Program-made: the position numbers and the translations under genes
IMG/VR virus record: IMGVR_UViG_3300014039_000036
Coordinates: 1,904-65,903 of that record
Direction: 5' to 3' (one strand)
Length of the DNA: 64,000 bases
Source: a virus
In this document: positions 36,442-46,764 of the stretch, piece by piece
Position numbering within the stretch: the stretch's first letter is position 1
How the letters are laid out: every line of letters starts with the position of its first letter
The notes under the pieces: generated by a model
Told to the model about the DNA's origin: nothing
The model's database searches: none
Seen by the model: the letters and a program-made list of their open reading frames with translations, nothing else

Positions 36442-37383
36442 ATGGCAGAGCTCAATGCGATCCAGGACGAGGGAAGCGACATGTCGAAGCACATAGCGTA
36501 CACCCGCGAGAAGCTGGACGAGATCGGGTGCGACATGCATCGCCTGATGGAAATGGAGGAAAAGGAGATGACGGAAGGTTTCGATTCGGGGATGCTCACG
36601 GGGCTCCTCTCGAAGCAGGGAATAGACCCGGGCATCGTGGCGATGCTCAACGACAGGAGAGACAGAGGAGACTGGGGAGGCGACGGATCATTTTTGGTCC
36701 TTTTCATCCTCCTGATTCTGTGCGGAGGCTGGAACGGATTCGGGAACAGGAACGGCGACTGTGGTGTGGAAAGAGCCGTCAACTCCGCATCGGACTACGG
36801 CATCCTTATGGATACCATCAACAGCACCGGGACCAAGCATGATGTAGCCATGCAGAACCTGGCTCAGACCCTCAACTGCAACCAGAACCAGCTTCAGGCG
36901 GCGCTGGCCGGAGTGGACAAGCAGCTGGCGGTCAACAACGGCGATATGAAGGCGACCCTGATGAATGTCGAGAACAGCCTGGCAGCCCAATTGTCCTCGT
37001 GTTGCTGCTCTACGAAGCAGTTGATCTCGGAGCAGGGATGTTCGACCCGCGCCGCGATACAGGATGTCAGATACCTGATCAGCAATTCTCAGGCAGCCCA
37101 GGATTCGCTCATTCAGAGCCAGTTCGCTAACCAGAATTCGATGATCCAGGCTCAACACTGCGAGACTCTGAACGCTATCCATAATGGATTCGCCGGTCTT
37201 GAGCTGAAAACACTCCAGGATCAGAACGACAGGCTGAGGGAGCAGATAGCCAGCCAGTCTCAGGCGGCACAGACCGCGGCCATCCTTGCAGCCATCAACG
37301 GGCGCAACCAGGTGGCAGTCAGCGGCACCGTGAACACCACTGCAGGAACCTGGACGGGAAACGGACAGATCTCTTCACCCTGA
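36442..37383 (+). CDS. Coiled-coil protein with TM segment and CCC motif (conserved gut-virus family, function unknown)
   Basis: GGAGG RBS; FLVLFILLILCGGWNGFG; QLSSCCCSTKQLI; Q/N-rich heptads. Confidence 0.75.
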   Translation: MAELNAIQDEGSDMSKHIAYTREKLDEIGCDMHRLMEMEEKEMTEGFDSGMLTGLLSKQGIDPGIVAMLNDRRDRGDWGGDGSFLVLFILLILCGGWNGFGNRNGDCGVERAVNSASDYGILMDTINSTGTKHDVAMQNLAQTLNCNQNQLQAALAGVDKQLAVNNGDMKATLMNVENSLAAQLSSCCCSTKQLISEQGCSTRAAIQDVRYLISNSQAAQDSLIQSQFANQNSMIQAQHCETLNAIHNGFAGLELKTLQDQNDRLREQIASQSQAAQTAAILAAINGRNQVAVSGTVNTTAGTWTGNGQISSP

Positions 37384-37576
37384 ACAAGGCTGAGGAGATA
37401 CCAGAATCTATATCGGCTTGGGATGAGGATTTCGCTCTTCCCGAGCCGTAAACCCTTTCCCCAAGGATTTTAATATGATGCTTTACTATAGAATTCCGGG
37501 GAGCGGGTTCGAAACCGCTGAGGCATTTACGTGTCTGCCTCTGCCCCGTTTCATGGCACGTATCAGAGGGACACGT

Positions 37577-38627
37577 ATGAATCCTAAATTTGATTTAACC
37601 GGCCATACATTCGGACACTTGACAGTTATCGAATACGCCTATTCAAAAAACAATTCCAGATATTGGAAATGCCATTGCGATTGCGGTACCGACTGCGTCG
37701 TAAAAGGTGATAGCTTAAAAAGAGGGAACACAAAATCCTGCGGGCATTTGAAGTGTACTCCGCCTGAAAATAAATATGGAGCCTGGATAATAGGCCAGAA
37801 GTTTAATCGTCTCACAGTCTTAGCATTTGCAGGAAGCAACACATATAAGTCTCGGACTTGGAGATGCAAATGCGATTGTGGAAACGAATGCGTAGTGACA
37901 ACCTCTGACCTGAAAAATGGGATCGTAAAGTCCTGTGGTTGTCTTCGTAGAGATGTTGCATCGAAAAAAAAATTTTGTCAATTTAAATGGGCAGAAATTC
38001 GGCAGATTGAGTGTGATCGAATTGAAAGGTTCACTCGATAACCGTCGCATCTGGATCTGTAGATGCGACTGCGGGAGGATGACAGAAGTACCTACTAATT
38101 CTCTTCTATCTGGAAACTCAAAATCGTGCGGATGCCTAAGGATAGATAATGCAAGAGAAGCCATGAAATCTAAGAGGACTTATGTGGGCGAATATAAAAA
38201 CGGCCACACACGTATCTATCGGATCTGGCGTAGTATGTGTCAAAGATGTTACTATGTGAACGATGTAGGATACCATAATTATGGTGCGAGAGGGATTGAG
38301 GTGTGCGATGAATGGCGGTTCGAACCACTCAAATTCCAAGAATGGGCTTTAAACAATGGATACGACGATTCTTTGTCCATTGATCGTATAGATTGTAATG
38401 GGAATTATGAACCTTCCAATTGTAGGTGGGTAGGGTCAGAGATCCAACAAAACAACAGGCGCAATAACACATACATAACATTTAATGGAGAAACATTGAC
38501 TGCAACTCAATGGGATAGAAAAATGGGATTCAGGATAGGATCGGTGGGATGCAGACTTAGAAATGGGTGGAGCCCCGAGAAAGCAATTCAAACTCCTTTA
38601 AGAGCATATCATAAGGTGAAATCATGA
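37577..38627 (+). CDS. HNH-like endonuclease with three FGxLTV..CxCDCG..SCG repeats, split by a +1 frameshift at an A9 run
   Basis: Two overlapping ORFs join if A9 (37964-37972) loses one A; C-terminal YGARGI..SIDRIDCNGNYEPSNCRW. Confidence 0.7.
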
Positions 38628-39058
38628 CAGAATATTCCAACATTCTATCAGCACTCGGAAAGAACCCGGGCATGGGACAGATCGGCAAGCTCTCCCCTAG
38701 TCAAGAGGTCGAGAACTATAACGCATTCTCGGATCTGCAGAAGCAGGGCGTGTACCTTCCCGAACTGATGAAGAAGCTTCAGGAGTTCGATTCCATGAAG
38801 GCGCGTCTGGAGGAGCTGGAGAGGTCCAAGCCCGCCATCGATGCCACCGTATTCGCCACCATGGAGTCCGCCGTCTCCGACGATCCCGACGTGGTGAAGG
38901 CGAAAACCCGCGTAGCGGACGAGAAGGCCCGCGTCATCCTGGAGCTGTGCATGAAGGACCCTGCATTCCGCGAATCCTACGAGCAATACAAGTCCACGGT
39001 GAACCGCGTGTACGTGGAATCCAGAGAGAAGAAGGAGGGGAAGACCCCCTCCGGGTAA
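38624..39058 (+). CDS. Hypothetical helical protein
   Basis: ATGA overlap with the endonuclease gene. Confidence 0.65.
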   Translation: MTEYSNILSALGKNPGMGQIGKLSPSQEVENYNAFSDLQKQGVYLPELMKKLQEFDSMKARLEELERSKPAIDATVFATMESAVSDDPDVVKAKTRVADEKARVILELCMKDPAFRESYEQYKSTVNRVYVESREKKEGKTPSG

Positions 39059-39064
39059 GGTGTT

Positions 39065-42052
39065 TCAGAGGATCAGCAGGATGCCCGACTCCTCCTTGTG
39101 GAAATCGGCTTCCACTGTGTTGAGCCCCGTATAGTTGTAGTCGGCACCCATCAGACCGTCGGCGGCGTTGTAGCTCTGCGCTCCGACGTACCTATTCTGG
39201 TTGTGCTGATACTGGAAGCTGGACGTTCCGGAGAACTCCTTGGTCAGAGTGGCCTCGTACAGGCACACCAGGCCCTGCCACTTCTCTCCGCTGCTTCCGG
39301 TGCTCACGGTCACGGTATGCTCGTCCTGTGTCACGTCGAGGACGCTCTCGCCCTCTCCGTCCTTGAAGCACTGGACCAGATACCACGTGCCGTCCTTCAG
39401 ACCGTCGGTCGTCTTCTTGTCTATCGTCAGAGAGGCCCCGTCCAGATCGAAGCAGGCCGTCGCAGGCGCGAGGATCATCGTACCCGATCTGGCCTCCTGG
39501 AATCCGACCGTCACGGGGTTGTACAGCTCGGCGCTGTTCTGGATGATGTCCCCTACGATGTCGGTGGTCACGCCCTCATCCACGGATACCACCTGCACGA
39601 ACAGAGGCATGCCGGTGTCGTTGCCTTCGAAGGTCCATGTCTTGGACGGGGTGGAGACTCCGATGTTCATGGGTCCGCTCAGAGTGGACGCGCCCTGGGC
39701 CTCCCTGACACGCATGATGCTTATCACGAGACCGTTCACGCCGGGAGGCTCGGAGAGCCTTATCCTGAGCGTGTTGATGGTCGGAGCGGAGACGATGGCG
39801 TTCACGTAGACGTGCTCGCTGTCCGCGGTGTACATCGACCATACCAGCTCCCTGCACATCAGGTTGTGGCGGATGGTGTACTCGGTCGCGGTGTCGTTCC
39901 CGAACTGGGTGATGTAGACGGGCCTGTTGACCGCCTGCACCGCCGCGGCTCCGGAGTGCACGAGAGCGCTCCAGCACTCGACGTTGGTCGGAGGCTGGTG
40001 GTCCGAGAGGGGGGAATCGGCGATGCAGATGTAGAGCGATCCGAGATACTCCACGATGTCTCCGGACTTGTACTCCACTCCGTTCTCCGCCCACTTGGGG
40101 ATGGCGGCCTTGAGCGTCTTCAGCTCGTCCAGGGCCTTGGAGATGACCTTGTTCTGCACGGGCCTCTCGGAGGTAGCGGAGATGGCCTCGTCGACGAGCT
40201 TGTCCAGGTCCAGAGAGACCTTGTTGTCCGTGAAGGTCAGGAACTCCGGGTCCACGGAGATGACATCCTGCTTGGACTGCAGGGCCTTGTATACGGCGCT
40301 GCTCTGAACGGGGTTGGACGAGTCGGACGATATCTCGGCGTCCACGTCGATCTGCTTCGCGGCGGTGAGCGTCCCGTCGTCGTTGACCGTGACCGTCTGG
40401 GAGGACCTCAGCTTCTGCTGCTTGCCGTCCAGGGCCGCCTTGATCGCCCTGTTCTCCACAGGCTTGGAGCTGGTGTCGCTCAGCTTGTCGTCCACGGCGT
40501 ACTTCGCGCGGATGGTGTTGTTGGAGTCGATCTCGATGGTGCCGTCCGGGTCGGCGACGAGCTTGGGCTGCTTGGAGTTGACCTCCTCCCTCAGGACGTC
40601 CTGCTCGGACTTCAGAGAGACGATGTCCGAAGCATTCTCGGAGACATCCGCACGCAGGGCGTTGTCCGCCTCCTGCCTCTCCTGACGCTCTTTGGCGATG
40701 GCCGCATTGATGGCCGCGGTGGTGGTGTCCCCGACGGAGGTCTCCAGCGTCTTGACCCTCTTGTCCAGGGCGGTATCGGCGGCCTCCCTCGTCCCTGCTT
40801 CGGAGGACAGCTCGGACCTCAGGACGGTCTTGACGTCCTCGTCCTTGGAGTCCACCCTGTCCCATAGCTTCTGGGTGACCTCCACGGCATACACGGTCTT
40901 GCCGTCGGCTCCCGTGCGATCCTCGTAGATGGCGATATAGTCGTCTCCGGGCTCGTACAGGGGGATGAGGTCCGTTACGGAGAAGGACACGTCCTTGGTG
41001 CCGGGATCGATGCCGGGCGTGTTGATTATAAGGTGTATCTTCCCGTCCTTGTAGTATGCATCCTTCACGACATCCTCGATAGGGAGGTCCAGCTCGCTGG
41101 CGACCTTCCCGAACCTGTCCCTCAGCTGAAGGACGTAGGACTGTCCGTCGGAGTTGCGCAGGGCGAGTTCGAACGGCACCGCGGATGCGAGGACCACGGC
41201 ATCGGCGTTCATCTCGTCCTTGAGCTGGTCCGCCTTCGTGACGACGGGGGTTCCGATGAAACCCTTCTTCTTCGAATCGAACTGCAGGACCTCCCCGTCG
41301 CCGATGGTCTCCTTCAGGAGAGGGATGTCTCCGTCCCCGAACTGGCCTTTATCGTTTCCTGTGGGCAGGACGTCCGCGGATACCTGTCCTCTGGAGTCGA
41401 GCGTGGGGACGTTCAGCACCAGCGTCTGCGACTGCCCGCGGTATGTGGTGAAGGTCATCTCCAGACCTGGCTCTTTGAGCCTTTCGCGGAGGTCTATCGG
41501 CAGGAGGACGCTGACATCCTTCCACATCTCGATCCATCCTCCGACGGAGGGCTCGCACGCCACGGGAGACGGAGGAGCGCAGGTCCTGGGGCCGCACGGA
41601 GGCATGGGGGGCCTCGCTCCCTCGTCCTTGACCGCGAATCCGGAGACCGCGGACAGGAGGTACTCGGTGGCGTCGATATCCTGGAACGTGCCGTCGAACG
41701 GCACCTTGGTGAACACCAGCTGGAACTCCACACGTGCTGAGCGTGCGCGGGTGGTTATCTCGTAGGGCACCTGGAAGGTGTATCCGTCGAACTTGGGAGA
41801 GCTGGAATCGCCGTAGTAGTAGGGGTATCCGTTCTCGTCGTAGACGCGGAACATGATGTACGCGGAGTAGCCTTCGGCATCGAAGTCCCACTCCTCGGTA
41901 TAGGTCGGCTTGTCGCCCTCGTCCATGGCGTAGTGGTACAGGTCGAAGTGCAGCGTGGTGCTGCGTGCATCGCATCTCTGCCCCGCATACGACCTCCCTC
42001 TCTTGGTGGACAGGGTCCTGTTGTCCTTGCTGAACTCGTAGTACAGGTCCAT
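39065..42052 (-). CDS. Baseplate/fibre protein (BppU-like N-terminus, coiled coil, carbohydrate-binding-like module)
   Basis: N-terminal YxxF...FxVPYEIT...VEFQLVF; repeated VDxxLSxTSxxPVxN modules; W..GVEYKSGDIVEY.G.LY.C (CBM5/12-like). Confidence 0.6.
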   Translation of the reverse strand: MDLYYEFSKDNRTLSTKRGRSYAGQRCDARSTTLHFDLYHYAMDEGDKPTYTEEWDFDAEGYSAYIMFRVYDENGYPYYYGDSSSPKFDGYTFQVPYEITTRARSARVEFQLVFTKVPFDGTFQDIDATEYLLSAVSGFAVKDEGARPPMPPCGPRTCAPPSPVACEPSVGGWIEMWKDVSVLLPIDLRERLKEPGLEMTFTTYRGQSQTLVLNVPTLDSRGQVSADVLPTGNDKGQFGDGDIPLLKETIGDGEVLQFDSKKKGFIGTPVVTKADQLKDEMNADAVVLASAVPFELALRNSDGQSYVLQLRDRFGKVASELDLPIEDVVKDAYYKDGKIHLIINTPGIDPGTKDVSFSVTDLIPLYEPGDDYIAIYEDRTGADGKTVYAVEVTQKLWDRVDSKDEDVKTVLRSELSSEAGTREAADTALDKRVKTLETSVGDTTTAAINAAIAKERQERQEADNALRADVSENASDIVSLKSEQDVLREEVNSKQPKLVADPDGTIEIDSNNTIRAKYAVDDKLSDTSSKPVENRAIKAALDGKQQKLRSSQTVTVNDDGTLTAAKQIDVDAEISSDSSNPVQSSAVYKALQSKQDVISVDPEFLTFTDNKVSLDLDKLVDEAISATSERPVQNKVISKALDELKTLKAAIPKWAENGVEYKSGDIVEYLGSLYICIADSPLSDHQPPTNVECWSALVHSGAAAVQAVNRPVYITQFGNDTATEYTIRHNLMCRELVWSMYTADSEHVYVNAIVSAPTINTLRIRLSEPPGVNGLVISIMRVREAQGASTLSGPMNIGVSTPSKTWTFEGNDTGMPLFVQVVSVDEGVTTDIVGDIIQNSAELYNPVTVGFQEARSGTMILAPATACFDLDGASLTIDKKTTDGLKDGTWYLVQCFKDGEGESVLDVTQDEHTVTVSTGSSGEKWQGLVCLYEATLTKEFSGTSSFQYQHNQNRYVGAQSYNAADGLMGADYNYTGLNTVEADFHKEESGILLIL

Positions 42053-42091
42053 ACGGACCGATGGACTCCTGGGTATAAGTATGAGGATGCA

Positions 42092-42328
42092 TTACTTCAC
42101 CATGGAATGCTTGCGGAGGCGGTTGACCTCCGCGACCCGTTCGCTGTGGTAGCATCCGCAGGAACGGGTCTCTCCCCTTCTCAGATGGAACTCCTGGACG
42201 TCGCGCACCCTTCCGCAGTCGCAGATGCACCGGTAGTACCTGCTCTTCCCTCTGTATCCCAGGTCCGACTCGACGGTCAGACGCCCGAATCTCTGACCGA
42301 CGAGGGACCGGTTCCTGAACCTGCTCAT
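42092..42328 (-). pseudogene. Truncated endonuclease remnant (single FGRLTV..CICDCG..SCGC module)
   Basis: Homologous to the repeats of 37577-38627; no nuclease domain follows. Confidence 0.55.
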
Positions 42329-44553
42329 CCCTTGTTCAGCGCGTCCAGGATGCGGCTGGTGCTGTCCGAGAGGGACACCGACTTCATGATGCCGAAGGAG
42401 TACGTCGTGGTGCACTCAGGGTATCTCCTCGTATGGGAGGAGAGCATCAGCTTCTGCGGAAGGGTCCCGGAGCCGCAGACGGACCCGTTGGTCAGGACGA
42501 TCTCATCGGGTTCATCCGTGAGGGTGTCGAGCATGGTCGGCTCGTCGAAGTACGGGAACCACTCGTAGCCCTTGCCGTCGGCGGTCCTCTGGACCTCCTT
42601 CAGCTCGAAGGTGATGCTCTGCTGGGGCTCCTTCAGGTACTCGATGTAGTTGCGTGCGAACGCCTCGGCGGCCTCCGATGCGCGTGTCGAGATCCCCGTC
42701 TCCTCGTTCGTGTCCACGGTGTACGTCAGCTCGGGGATCGTCAGGGCCTCGGTGCGCTCTCCGAACTTGGCGACCGACGAGCTGGACTCCCTGTCGCCTC
42801 CGTTCTCGTAGTAGGGTCCCATGTTGTACGACCCTCTGCCTTCTCCGGTCTCGGGATTCAGATACGAGCACCTGACGGACACGGAGTTCACCACCGTGTC
42901 CGCGCCTTCGTCCCCCAGCTCCACCTCCCCGGCGGTACGGCCGTACATCGGATCGGATTCCGACGAGGGGTACAGGTCCAGGTCCTCGGCTCCGTCCGAT
43001 ACTCTGTTGAGGACCCTGCGGGTGCAGTTCCTCACGTGCATGGTGTCGTCGGCGAACCATATGCGGCAGCCCATGAGCATGGCGCACACCTGCAGCGCGT
43101 ACCACAGGTTGGTGTCCTGCTCGAACGTCAGAACGCCATCGTACTCGTTCGATGTACGCGATGCGGGGTCCATGTCCAGATAGGACACCTGGATGCCGTA
43201 GTCCGCCCTGGTGGCGAGTATGGTAGCTAGAATGGACCTCGGAGTGCCCGTCAGAGAGCCTCCCTGGATGGTGCTTCCTCTGAACCTCTCCGCATCGCAG
43301 TAGGCGGTGATGGTGAACCTCTTGCCGGAGTACTTGCACTTGGTGACGGTGAACACCCCGCGGCCCAGCGCGTCGTTCAGCACCACCTTCGTGACCCCTG
43401 CGAGGATGCCGTTGGCCTCCGCCAGCTGGGACGCCACGTAGTACAGGCGCTTCTTGGGGATGACGAGCTGGACCATCTCGAACGGCTCCTCCGGGCCTCC
43501 CACGATCTTCATGGAGGAGATGCAGCTCCTCGTGCGGCCCTTGTCGTCGGTGTACATCAGGTCGAAGTAGTCGCTTCCCGTGCTGTCCGACATCTGGACC
43601 CTGAACCTGGAGCGGGAGATGGGTTGGGACCATGCGCCGTTGCCCTCGGAGGAGATGTCATCGTCGCCGTACAGGTTCTTGAAGCTCGACTCGTATTGAG
43701 CATATGCAGTGATATCGCTGGAGAATTGATATCTGTTGCCGGTAATCAGATAATCCCCGGTTCCATCTTCTGTAAGACACCAGCCTTTGAAGGTATATGT
43801 GCACAGCTGACCGTTCACGACCTCGGGGTCCTTGACGCACCGGGGCATCCCCTCGTACCATATGTTCACACCGTTCGTGTAGTTGTACGATAGATTCCCT
43901 ACGACCATCCTCCCTCCGCACGGGTCCAGGGTGATGACATGGGTCTGACTTCCGCTGCTCTGCTCTTTGATCGTCAACCTCCAGGAAAGCGATACATTGG
44001 AGCCGTCCGTAGCTTCTGCATATAGGGTGGAATATCCTGCCGAAACGCCGGTGACCTGGCATGTGGTATCTCCGGTCTGAGAGAATTCGCAGTGTTCCGC
44101 CCCGCTTGTGATGGATATGTTCAGCTTCTTGTTCGCCGCATCTGTCGGAAAGACGGTGATATTGAATGACCGGGTGCTGCCTACATAGATGTTCTTATCG
44201 CCTACCAGAGTCAGACTGGATACGGGCATCGGATCGTCCTGATCGATCACTTCGTAACCGAAGTTGTCATCTCCCTCGGTATACTCCCCTTCCTGGCTGG
44301 TGTATTCGAGGATGAAGATGAATTTCGCAATGCCGGTGGATGTAGGCGTTCCGCTGATGGAGACCGTATACGATACGTCCCCTCCCGCCTCATCGTACAC
44401 CTTGGATCCTATGGAATAGGACATCCCCTTGGTATCCGACTGAGAGCTCAGATACGGCTCCTTCAGGATCGTTTTGATTCCGGAATAATAGATCTTCCTG
44501 GTATCGGAGAACGGCTCTCCTACTCTTATCGGAGAATAATAGCTGTTCGCCAT
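42325..44553 (-). CDS. Tail hub/tip protein with Ig-like and Flg_new domains
   Basis: Start MANSYY at 44553; TVFPTDAANKKLN (Big_2-like); VITLDPCGG...YTFKGW...Y (Flg_new); C-terminal hub-like region. Confidence 0.65.
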   Translation of the reverse strand: MANSYYSPIRVGEPFSDTRKIYYSGIKTILKEPYLSSQSDTKGMSYSIGSKVYDEAGGDVSYTVSISGTPTSTGIAKFIFILEYTSQEGEYTEGDDNFGYEVIDQDDPMPVSSLTLVGDKNIYVGSTRSFNITVFPTDAANKKLNISITSGAEHCEFSQTGDTTCQVTGVSAGYSTLYAEATDGSNVSLSWRLTIKEQSSGSQTHVITLDPCGGRMVVGNLSYNYTNGVNIWYEGMPRCVKDPEVVNGQLCTYTFKGWCLTEDGTGDYLITGNRYQFSSDITAYAQYESSFKNLYGDDDISSEGNGAWSQPISRSRFRVQMSDSTGSDYFDLMYTDDKGRTRSCISSMKIVGGPEEPFEMVQLVIPKKRLYYVASQLAEANGILAGVTKVVLNDALGRGVFTVTKCKYSGKRFTITAYCDAERFRGSTIQGGSLTGTPRSILATILATRADYGIQVSYLDMDPASRTSNEYDGVLTFEQDTNLWYALQVCAMLMGCRIWFADDTMHVRNCTRRVLNRVSDGAEDLDLYPSSESDPMYGRTAGEVELGDEGADTVVNSVSVRCSYLNPETGEGRGSYNMGPYYENGGDRESSSSVAKFGERTEALTIPELTYTVDTNEETGISTRASEAAEAFARNYIEYLKEPQQSITFELKEVQRTADGKGYEWFPYFDEPTMLDTLTDEPDEIVLTNGSVCGSGTLPQKLMLSSHTRRYPECTTTYSFGIMKSVSLSDSTSRILDALNKG

Positions 44554-45011
44554 CGTCTCGTCCTCCTGCACTTGCAGTGCATCGTCCCCGTGGAGAACGT
44601 CACGGAACCGTACACGCACTGCACGTCCCCTGCCTTGAACCTGTACGAGAACGACCTCACATATCCGTTGATCTCCCTGCTGGGCATCCCCGGCAGCTCG
44701 CGGTCGAGGTTGTATCTCAGCGTGAACCCGTCGGTCTCCGCCTGCCAGCGGTCCATCGCCAGATCCATCTCCTCCACCCATCTGGGCGTGGACCAGTCGG
44801 TGCTGTCGATGGCGTTGTCGTCCGGCGAATCGGGAGACCTGCGCACGTAGTCGAACGTGATCTCGCTGTTGCTGGAGGTCTCTATGGCGAACGTGTCGCG
44901 CGTGGACCTGCTGACTATCGGGAACTTCGATACGGACTTGCTGAAGCTCTCGGAATAGCTCGTGATGATCCCCATATCTATCTCTATCCCGTCGTATTCG
45001 AGCGTGAGCAT
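44553..45011 (-). CDS. Tail component
   Basis: Paralogous to the N-terminus of the upstream tail gene; ends at CGA 44553-44555 overlapping the next ATG. Confidence 0.65.
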
Positions 45012-45015
45012 GGTA

Positions 45016-46764
45016 TCGCTTCAGGAACGAGACGATCACAGCGCCGTCTCCCGCGTAGTCTCCGCACTCTCCGCCGGACCCGGCTCCTCCGCCGATAGCG
45101 CCTCCGTCGTCGCGGTAGCCCTTGCCCCACTCGTACATATTCCCCGGGACCTTGCCGTTGCCGCCCTTGGAGACTATCTGGATCGTTCTGGAGTCGTTGC
45201 TCGTATCCGACACGTAGATGCCGCTTCCTCCTTTGTACAGCCTCTTGTTGCCTACGGAGTTGTCCGATATCTCGATGAGATACCAGTACGGCCCCTCTTC
45301 GATTATAGTGGCCTTGAATCTGGTTATCGGATAGAGGAGATCATCCTTTACGGATTCTACATCGATATTGGTCGACGCATACCATTTATTATGGGAATGA
45401 AGCACTTGTCCGTGATTCCACTCGAAAGATATCGAGGGGTCCGTGGTCAGCTCCTCTGAAGCCTTGAGCGCACCGACGGTGACACGCATATTCACATCCG
45501 CGGCTCCGCCTCCTGATCCAGGGAATGGATCGTCCCTCTGCGGCTTATCTATCGGCACACCCGCCTTTCCCGGAATGCCTACGCTTCCGGAACCGTCATG
45601 GGCTATCCCTTGGACAGTACCGCCTCCCGCGTTGTACCTGGAACCTCCGACGCCCCCTTTGTTCCCTGGATTGGCGGCATCTCCGTCGTCTCCGCCGTGC
45701 GCGGTCATGGTGCCCAGGCTCTTGCCGGTGGTCTTCAGGACGGATACCGAGGTGTCCTTGGACCTGTCCACCTTGAACATGCCCATCCCCAGCTGCACCT
45801 TGACGGCATCCCCCTGGCTCAGACCAGACACCAGCTTGGATACGGCTTCTCCGGACCCGCCTGCTCCGCCAGGATAGTACTCGCCGTACATCGCGCCGGC
45901 CTTCCCTCCCGCACCTACTGCGACGATACGCGCTCTGGTGCATCCTGCAGGGACTATGATATCGGGTGCATCGCGTGCCAGGAACCTCGCATACACCGCC
46001 ACCGGGTCGCTCACGACGGCGTAGAACACCGCGCCGTCCATGGAATCCGATATGATCACCTTGGACCCCAGGTCGTAGGTCATACTCCCGTTCCTCCACC
46101 CTGTGATGGCTCCGCCGTTGGTCACCATGGCGGACTGCGCCATGGTCGGATTGGGGAGGTACGCCTGGGTGCCTGCAGGATACGAGCGCGTGAATCCCTC
46201 GTCGGAGCTGTTCGCCTTGAACGTCAGCGTCACGCGGTCTCCCGCGGACTCCTCGCTGAAGACACGGGCCTCCAGCAGGTTCATGCTCCACGTCATCTGC
46301 TGGACTCCGAATCTGGGAGAGATGGAGCCTGTGAGGAACACGTTGGTATCGATGGCAGGGATCAGCTCGGATGCATCCTCTCCGGGGTCCCCCGAATCGG
46401 GGATGTAGTGGAAGTCCAGCCCTCCCTGGATGCGCCAGCCGGAGCCGTCCTGCTCGTAGGACAGGTTCTGCCAGTTGTCCCACATGTGCATGAAGCCCTC
46501 CCACCACTTGCCGTTGGACCACCTGGACGGGTCCGAGGACCTGTCGTCGTAATCGTCCGGAGTGACACGGGAGCAGGACATCGATATGGTGCGGGTGGTC
46601 CCCAGGTCCATGACGAAGTTGTTCCACACGCCGTACACTATGGTAGGTATGTTGGATATGGACGCGTTGTAGGTGACCTCCAGGGCCGTCACGTTGTCGA
46701 TATGGAACGTCGTCAGGTCTCCGCCCTTCTTCCAGCGCACGGAGAACTCCGCCTGCCCTGCCAT
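45016..46764 (-). CDS. Distal tail protein with glycine-rich domain
   Basis: IVAVGAGGKAG...GGAGGSG; ends GAVIVSFLK then CGA 45016-45018, 4 nt before the next ATG. Confidence 0.65.

Noticed and set aside
37490-37560. tRNA gene (GGTTCGAAACC)
   Set aside because: No D-arm, anticodon arm or acceptor stem of tRNA geometry; kept only as a structured leader.
42325-46764. 1479-aa ORF in the track
   Set aside because: Its middle is out-of-frame filler over the 44553-45011 gene; it is two genes joined by reading through CGA 45016.
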